A stretch of DNA of 64,000 nucleotides from an uncultured Eubacteriales bacterium. Lineage in GTDB: Bacteria > Bacillota > Clostridia > Christensenellales > CAG-1252. The position numbers were made by a program, and so were the translations under genes. This document shows positions 58,635 to 64,000 of the stretch, piece by piece. The notes beneath the pieces were generated by a model. It saw only the letters and a program-made list of their open reading frames with translations, was not told the DNA's origin and ran no database searches. The stretch spans positions 2,187-66,186 of the forward strand of contig CADBTQ010000089.1 of assembly GCA_902797685.1 (NCBI GenBank). Direction: 5' to 3'. Every line of letters starts with the position of its first letter. Positions within the stretch are counted from its first letter, which is position 1.

Positions 58635-59984
58635 CTATTCCTTCAATTTGTCTTCGATCTTTTTGAGTTCGGTACTCCAAGTGGACTCGGGTTTGTTGAA
58701 GTTGTACACGCCGACCAAGAAGTCGCCCATAGGAGTCCAATATTTGCCCATTTGGATCAAGCCGGGTTTGAGCTTGCTGTACTCGCTTTGGTTGACCACC
58801 ACTTCCACCGCCTCGATGCCGCTGTTGAGGGCATCGTCGAACAGATCCTCGTCGGTGGGACAGAACTCACGCTCTTCCAAACGGATCTGTTGGTTTTCGC
58901 TGTTGGCAAGGTACGCCGCCAGTCTCATCGCCTCGGCGGTCAGCTTGGAGTCGCGGTTGGTCTTACGGGACACGCCGTACATCTTGACGCCCGAGAAGGA
59001 GACGAGTTGGGTGTCCTTGCTCTCCCCCGCAAAACGAATGGAAGGAAGCATCGCCACGCCGAAGTTGGAGCCCAAGGCGTTTTTGAATTGAGCGATCATG
59101 TGAGGACCCGAGATCATCGCGGCGACGCGGCCCGATCTGAGGGAGTCGCTTTGGTCGTTTTTGGCGATGGACACCAATTTGGTTTGGTTGTGCAGATCCA
59201 TGATGTATTGGCAAGCCTTGTAAGCGTTTTCGTTGTCGAGATCCACGCTCGAAGGATCGTTGCCTTGGGGTCCGAAGATCTCCACGCCCGCGGTATAGAG
59301 GAACATGGTGGTGTAATACCCGTCGTTCATGTCGATACCCAAGTTGAAGTTGGCGCCCGTGTTGGCGGACAAGATTTTCTCCATGGTGGATACGTCGGTC
59401 AACAGCGACTTGTTGTAGTAGAGGAAGCAGTTTTCGTAGCTATACGGAATGGCGTAGTAGCTGTTGTTGTAGGACGCCGCGATCCTCGCCACGTCGATCT
59501 GCTTGTTGATCTGCGCGGTGTAAGTGGAGGGGATCTGCGTGAGCGCGTTGCCGTTGATCAACAGACCCAACTGGTCGTTGGCAAACGAAAACACGTCGGC
59601 AGCCGATTCCACGTCGCGGGTGACCGCGCTCGTCACGGTGTCTTCGCCTTGGGGTTGCACCGTAAAGCTGTATTTGTTGGTGGGATAGAGGGCTTTGTAA
59701 CTCTCCAACATCCCGTAGATCATCTCCATATCCTCTTCGGCGCACCACACGGTGAGATTATACGTGCCGCCGTCGCCCGTGGTGGGATTGGTATCTCCAC
59801 CCGTGGAGGGTTGATCGTCACCGCCCGTAGAGGGGGTGGAGGGAGTGGTGTTGCCGCCCGCATGAGAGGCGCCTTCCCCCGTAAAGTCCGCCACGTAGAT
59901 GATCTCGGGCGAACAGGCGGCAAAGACGAACAGCATTGCCACCGCTAGTACCATAACCATAATTTTCAAAACTCTTTTTTTCAT
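58635..59984 (-). CDS. Extracellular solute-binding lipoprotein (maltodextrin-binding, MalE/MdxE-like)
   Basis: Lipobox FAAC, a G/T/P/S-rich linker, then a family-1 SBP-like sequence. Lies first in the gene order SBP, permease, permease. Confidence 0.8.
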   Translation of the reverse strand: MKKRVLKIMVMVLAVAMLFVFAACSPEIIYVADFTGEGASHAGGNTTPSTPSTGGDDQPSTGGDTNPTTGDGGTYNLTVWCAEEDMEMIYGMLESYKALYPTNKYSFTVQPQGEDTVTSAVTRDVESAADVFSFANDQLGLLINGNALTQIPSTYTAQINKQIDVARIAASYNNSYYAIPYSYENCFLYYNKSLLTDVSTMEKILSANTGANFNLGIDMNDGYYTTMFLYTAGVEIFGPQGNDPSSVDLDNENAYKACQYIMDLHNQTKLVSIAKNDQSDSLRSGRVAAMISGPHMIAQFKNALGSNFGVAMLPSIRFAGESKDTQLVSFSGVKMYGVSRKTNRDSKLTAEAMRLAAYLANSENQQIRLEEREFCPTDEDLFDDALNSGIEAVEVVVNQSEYSKLKPGLIQMGKYWTPMGDFLVGVYNFNKPESTWSTELKKIEDKLKE

Positions 59985-60009
59985 AATTTGGCTTCTCCTT
60001 TACCAAATA

Positions 60010-62427
60010 TTAGTTCATTGAGGTGACCACGATGACGTGATCGGCGGGGATAGACGTGATATTAGCCGTTTGATTCCATACAGTGGTAGTACCAGCTTCG
60101 CACCTTACCACGACCAATCCTGAAAACACTTTTGTCGTATCAATCTGAGCCGTCCAGGTATCTTCGGCAACTTTATTCATTTTGGTACCCGGCCAAGTCG
60201 TGCCGGTTTCATCGGTATACCATACGTGAATATAGGCATCAGCAGGGGCCGCATAAAAATCAGTCCAAGTGATCTTGACCGTTAGGGTGCCGTCCCAATC
60301 GTCCACCACGTCTTCGACGAAGGTCGCGTTCCACTCTCCGTTGGCATAGTAGGGCTTGTCAAAGTCGATCGTGAGATCGGCGGTCTTATTGGAGCCGGAC
60401 TTAAAGATGACGTTTTTCGCTTTTGTGGAGACGTCCACTTGATACCAACCGTCGTGTCCGGACACTGCCGTCATCGAAGCGGCGTGATCCCAATCGCCCA
60501 AGTATTCCGTTGTGTTTTCGCCCACCGTTGTCCAAGCGTAGGCGCTGACGGACGACCAGCCGGCGACGTTGCGGTAATACAAGGTCTTGGTCGTATCGGG
60601 CTCGGGAGTAGTCCCCTCCACGAAAGTGGCGTTCCAGGTGCCGTTGGCGTAGTAGGGATTGTCGAAGTCGATGGTAAGATCGTCGGTCTGCAAACCATCA
60701 CCATTGTTGAAGATGATGGATTGCGCCGAAGTGGGCACCTCGATACTATACCAACCGTCGTGACCCGACACCGCGCTCATGGCTTTGCCCGGCCAAACAC
60801 CCAAGCTCTTGCCGCCCGAAGCCATCCACGCGTAAGCGTTGACCGACGACCAACCGTCGGCGTTGAAGTAATAGACGGGTTTGGTCGTGCCGGGATCGGG
60901 CGTAACGCCGCCGATCGCTCTCTCCTCTTCGGGGATTTCGCTGAAGTCCGCTTCGCTCAGGGTGATCACGTGATCTTCGGGAATAGAGACGATATCGCCC
61001 GTCTTGTTGTACATCTCGGTACCCGCCGCGTTGACCCTGACGATGATGATACCCTCGATGGTCTTGGTGGGATCGGTCAGATAGGTGTAGCGACGAGTGC
61101 CCGAAGTCGTCATCGCCTCGCCGGGATAGGTGGCGTTGATGTTCCCGCCCACGTACCAAATATGGATATAAGGCACGCAGCCGAACTCGTCAAACCACGT
61201 AATGGAAGACAGATCCACCGTGAGGGTGCCGTTCCAAGTATCGGGATTGACGGGATTTTCGTCCACGTCTTTGCCGCAACGGTCGCACTTGCCGTCTCCG
61301 TCCGCGTCGACGTGGTAGTCGCATTGGGGCGTGGAAGCGGGCAGTTTGCCTGCGCCCTCGAGCCAAGCGGCGAGATCGGCGATCTCACGGGTGGCGGCTT
61401 CGTCCTCGTAATACTTGCCGCACTCCGAGCAGGACCAGTATTCCTTGTGTCCGTCCGAAGTGGCGGTCGCCTCTACTCTATCGACGCGCGCCAAAACGTG
61501 CGTATGATCGGGGTCGGGAGGCGTGGTATCCACTGTCCACTTGGCGTAGAAGGTGGTGGGAGCGGTGATGGTAAACAGACTGATACGGCTGCCGAATTCG
61601 GCTTTGACCAAGCAGTAGCTGTCCTCGTACCAACCCTCGAACTTAAACCCATCGCGGGTAGGCGTAGTCGGCGTAGCCATCACGCTGCCGTCGTCCACGT
61701 ACACCACGGCGGGTTGGGGCGCGCCCTCGTAGTTGAGGTCCAAAGTGACCGCCCACTTGCCTTCGTTGCCGCCGGAGGGAGCGGTGCCCTCGCCCACGTG
61801 GACGTATTCCACCGCCTCGGAAGGCTCGCTGGACTCGTACCCCTCGGTCACGGCGACGATGGACACATAGTAGGTGCCGCTAGCCAGCCCTTTGATGGTA
61901 CCGTTGATACCCGTGGTACCCGCCGCCCAGTCGAGATCGTACAACGTGCCCTCGCCGGTAGCGGTCAATCTGACCAACGCCTTGTAGTCCTTGGCTTCGT
62001 CCACGGTACGCCAACTCAATCTCTCGGTAGACGCTCTCACGCGAGAGGGAGTCGCCAACTTGCGGGAGTAGTCGAACTTGATCAAGCTGCGATCCGACTC
62101 GTTGACGGGCGTATGGGTACGCTTATCCAAGTTGACGGCGCGGATATACATGGTATTGACCGTACCGCTCTTTAAGGCGGATCTGACGTCTTGATCTTCC
62201 ACCGAAATGGTGGGATTGGCGACGAAATAACGGTTGGTCAGATCGTCGTTGAAATAGATCAAGTAGCCGTCCGCACCGCTGACCGCGTTCCAACTGAACA
62301 CGTAGCCGTCCGCCATCTGCATATTGCGGGGATTGGCGAGTTTGTCGTTGCCGCAACCCACCAACAATCCCGCCGTCAAGGCGGCGACAGCCAATATCAT
62401 TAGCACAATTAAGATAGATTTCTTCAT
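60010..62427 (-). CDS. Surface lipoprotein with FN3-like domains, one Listeria-Bacteroides repeat, a Cys-knuckle segment and four starch-binding-like modules
   Basis: Lipobox LVGC. Two WPG-type modules at aa 516-704 (VYYFNADGWSSVNAYAW...VWPGKAMSAVSGHDGWYSIEV...IIFNNGDGLQT, and a second copy). Two related modules at aa 397-490 and 711-803 (…YIHVWYTDETGTTWPGTKMNKV…). Confidence 0.8.
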   Translation of the reverse strand: MKKSILIVLMILAVAALTAGLLVGCGNDKLANPRNMQMADGYVFSWNAVSGADGYLIYFNDDLTNRYFVANPTISVEDQDVRSALKSGTVNTMYIRAVNLDKRTHTPVNESDRSLIKFDYSRKLATPSRVRASTERLSWRTVDEAKDYKALVRLTATGEGTLYDLDWAAGTTGINGTIKGLASGTYYVSIVAVTEGYESSEPSEAVEYVHVGEGTAPSGGNEGKWAVTLDLNYEGAPQPAVVYVDDGSVMATPTTPTRDGFKFEGWYEDSYCLVKAEFGSRISLFTITAPTTFYAKWTVDTTPPDPDHTHVLARVDRVEATATSDGHKEYWSCSECGKYYEDEAATREIADLAAWLEGAGKLPASTPQCDYHVDADGDGKCDRCGKDVDENPVNPDTWNGTLTVDLSSITWFDEFGCVPYIHIWYVGGNINATYPGEAMTTSGTRRYTYLTDPTKTIEGIIIVRVNAAGTEMYNKTGDIVSIPEDHVITLSEADFSEIPEEERAIGGVTPDPGTTKPVYYFNADGWSSVNAYAWMASGGKSLGVWPGKAMSAVSGHDGWYSIEVPTSAQSIIFNNGDGLQTDDLTIDFDNPYYANGTWNATFVEGTTPEPDTTKTLYYRNVAGWSSVSAYAWTTVGENTTEYLGDWDHAASMTAVSGHDGWYQVDVSTKAKNVIFKSGSNKTADLTIDFDKPYYANGEWNATFVEDVVDDWDGTLTVKITWTDFYAAPADAYIHVWYTDETGTTWPGTKMNKVAEDTWTAQIDTTKVFSGLVVVRCEAGTTTVWNQTANITSIPADHVIVVTSMN

Positions 62428-62437
62428 TGTCCTCCTC

Positions 62438-64000
62438 CTATTCCTCTAATTCCCATTTGAGGACGGGATATTTGCCCTCGACCGCGGCAAACGCTTCTTC
62501 GCCCAAAGCGGCGTTGAGTTGCGCATACACCCCGCGCATACCCTCTCTGTCCAAGCCGCCCTGATTGGCGACTCCGCCCTCGCTCGCTTTGAGAGAGGTG
62601 GTCGTGCCGCCCACGGTGCGACCCGCCACGTAGTAGCAGTCGTCGATCCTATTGTTGTAGCCGGCGATAGCGCCCCAACAGGGTTGCACCAAGTTAGCCG
62701 TCGTCCACCCGCCGTCGATGTAATACACGGCGGAGTCGCGAGTAGCGTGTTGGGTCACGTCGTCGGTTTGGTTGAAAACCTCGCTCTTGTTCTCGGGATT
62801 GACCCGACAGAAGATGACGCCCGCAATCTGATTGGTAGCGTAGCCCGAAGGCATCTTGACGCTGTAGAAGGTGGCGTCGCCTACGGAGACCTTTTCCATC
62901 TTGACGCCCGGCCAAGAGGCGTATGCGGTGTCCGTGCCTTTCCAAAAATGCGCGTAAATGTCGGGGCTATCCACTTCCGCCCAAGAGCAAGCGGCTACCG
63001 ACAGATACATTCTGCCGCTCTCGAAGCCCTCGACCTTGGAATTGACGTCGCCCGAGTTGTAGCAAGCGACGAGTCCAAAGCCATCGTCCTCGCTTCCGTT
63101 GTGATAGGCGAAGTTTTGACCCGCGACGCCGCCCACCGAGATGATGCCCGATACCGCGCCTTGGTTGTAGCAGCCAATCACGCCCGCGTTGGCGTAGCGA
63201 TCCGAGCCGGTTTCGTTGCGGCCGTCCGAGCCGTTGCGCCCCACGATGCCGCCCGCGTAGGCAAAGCCCGAGATCTGTCCGCGGTTGTAGCAGTAGGACA
63301 CCAAGGTGTCGTATTGCATACCTTCCACGTCTTGCACGTTGTAGTTGTAACCCACGATGCCGCCCGTGTACACTTCGCCCGAGATCTCGCCGTGGTTGCC
63401 GCATTTGGTGACCAACCCCGCGTTACGCCCCACGATACCGCCGATGGACGATCTGCCCGACACGGCGGCGTAGTTGATACAATGCTCGATGGTGCCCGCG
63501 TTGTAGATGGCGAAAGCGCCCGCTTCGTTGGCGCCCGATACGGCAAAGTCTTCTAGCGCCACGCAGTCTTTGATGGTACCGCGGTTGATGGATACCAAGC
63601 CCGCCGCGCCGTCTTTGACGGCGGTCACCGAGCCCGAGCGGAGCGTGACGTTTTGCACGAGTCCGTTGTTGGTGTACGCCAAGATGGCGCACTCGCCTCC
63701 CTTTTCGTGCATGATACCGTCGTTGGTACGATTGGTCCAAGTCCGCCAGTCGGCGTCCTCGATGGTAAGGTTGAGGATGGCGCCCGTCTTGGTGATGGAA
63801 TCGAAGATGGAGCTGTAACCGTCCTTATAGTACACCACGATGTTGCCGAGGGTGTGCCCGTCTCCGTCCAAAACACCCGAGAGGGAGCCCAAATTGTAGA
63901 AGTTGCTGTAATCCTCGTCGGGTTGGGGGGAATAAGGCTCGAAAGCGATATCTTCCGCCAATTTGTAGTGGCGGCTAAGTCCCATCGCCTCGTAGTATTC
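62438..64000 (-). CDS. GLUG-motif surface protein with a C-terminal starch-binding-like module (5' end probably beyond the window)
   Basis: GLUG-like units IGGIVGRNAG, YTGGIVGYNY, YAGGIVGRNG and VGGVAGQNF, then DIYAHFWKGTDTAYASWPGVKMEKVSVGDATFYSVKM. The frame stays open from 63985 to 64000, and the first Met has no signal peptide. Confidence 0.75.
   Translation of the reverse strand, partial: EYYEAMGLSRHYKLAEDIAFEPYSPQPDEDYSNFYNLGSLSGVLDGDGHTLGNIVVYYKDGYSSIFDSITKTGAILNLTIEDADWRTWTNRTNDGIMHEKGGECAILAYTNNGLVQNVTLRSGSVTAVKDGAAGLVSINRGTIKDCVALEDFAVSGANEAGAFAIYNAGTIEHCINYAAVSGRSSIGGIVGRNAGLVTKCGNHGEISGEVYTGGIVGYNYNVQDVEGMQYDTLVSYCYNRGQISGFAYAGGIVGRNGSDGRNETGSDRYANAGVIGCYNQGAVSGIISVGGVAGQNFAYHNGSEDDGFGLVACYNSGDVNSKVEGFESGRMYLSVAACSWAEVDSPDIYAHFWKGTDTAYASWPGVKMEKVSVGDATFYSVKMPSGYATNQIAGVIFCRVNPENKSEVFNQTDDVTQHATRDSAVYYIDGGWTTANLVQPCWGAIAGYNNRIDDCYYVAGRTVGGTTTSLKASEGGVANQGGLDREGMRGVYAQLNAALGEEAFAAVEGKYPVLKWELEE

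Noticed and set aside
54550-59948. Plus-strand ORFs 54550..55542, 56165..57115, 57910..58602 and 58752..59948.
   Set aside because: They are antisense to the pullulanase, permease and binding-protein genes.
60439-63556. Plus-strand ORFs 60439..62175 (578 aa) and 62519..63556 (345 aa).
   Set aside because: They are antisense to the two surface-protein genes.

Overview
This 64-kb window looks like a moderately GC-rich Firmicutes/Clostridia-type genome. That call is inference only, from AGGAGG-type RBSs, lipobox lipoproteins and Listeria-Bacteroides-repeat, BspA-LRR and GLUG surface proteins.

**Layout**
- **1-3.4 kb:** the 3' part of a large serine recombinase gene, a small orphan gene, a scrambled mosaic of non-coding repeats and terminators, and a visibly AT-rich orphan gene. 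This is probably the edge of an integrated element.
- **3.4-9.3 kb:** a metallophosphoesterase, an XRE-HTH/TPR regulator, a DUF3592-like membrane protein, and a coupled CrtI-like / FNR-like flavoprotein pair.
- **9.4-50.1 kb:** a minus-strand five-gene cluster dominated by one uninterrupted 35,061-nt ORF of 11,686 aa.
- **50.1-51.3 kb:** about 1.2 kb of non-coding DNA. It holds a REP-like repeat array, three copies of a TATACA-N5-TGTATA palindrome and an orphan terminator.
- **51.3-64 kb:** a starch/maltodextrin cluster on the minus strand. It encodes a MalK-like ATPase with a ~295-aa C-terminal extension, a type I pullulanase, MalG- and MalF-like permeases, a binding lipoprotein, and two surface proteins with starch-binding-like modules.

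**Giant protein**
- It has one N-terminal membrane anchor followed by dozens of divergent Ig-like (MBG/YDG-type) modules.
- It also carries three starch-binding-like modules, an embedded rubredoxin-like Cys4 knuckle, a ~850-aa non-repetitive helical region and a C-terminal GLUG-motif domain.
- Four secreted or anchored accessory proteins follow it. Three share a TM + A-W-[FY] N-terminal signature that resembles SipW/TasA-type signals; the fourth is a BspA-LRR lipoprotein.

**Best candidate for an undescribed system:** the giant anchored scaffold and its four accessory genes. It shares modules with, and sits directly downstream on the same strand of, the starch-uptake locus.

**Caveats**
- I found no rRNA, tRNA or CRISPR.
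- The many long ORFs antisense to the real genes are shadow ORFs.
- All family names come from motif recognition by eye and need HMM or structure confirmation.
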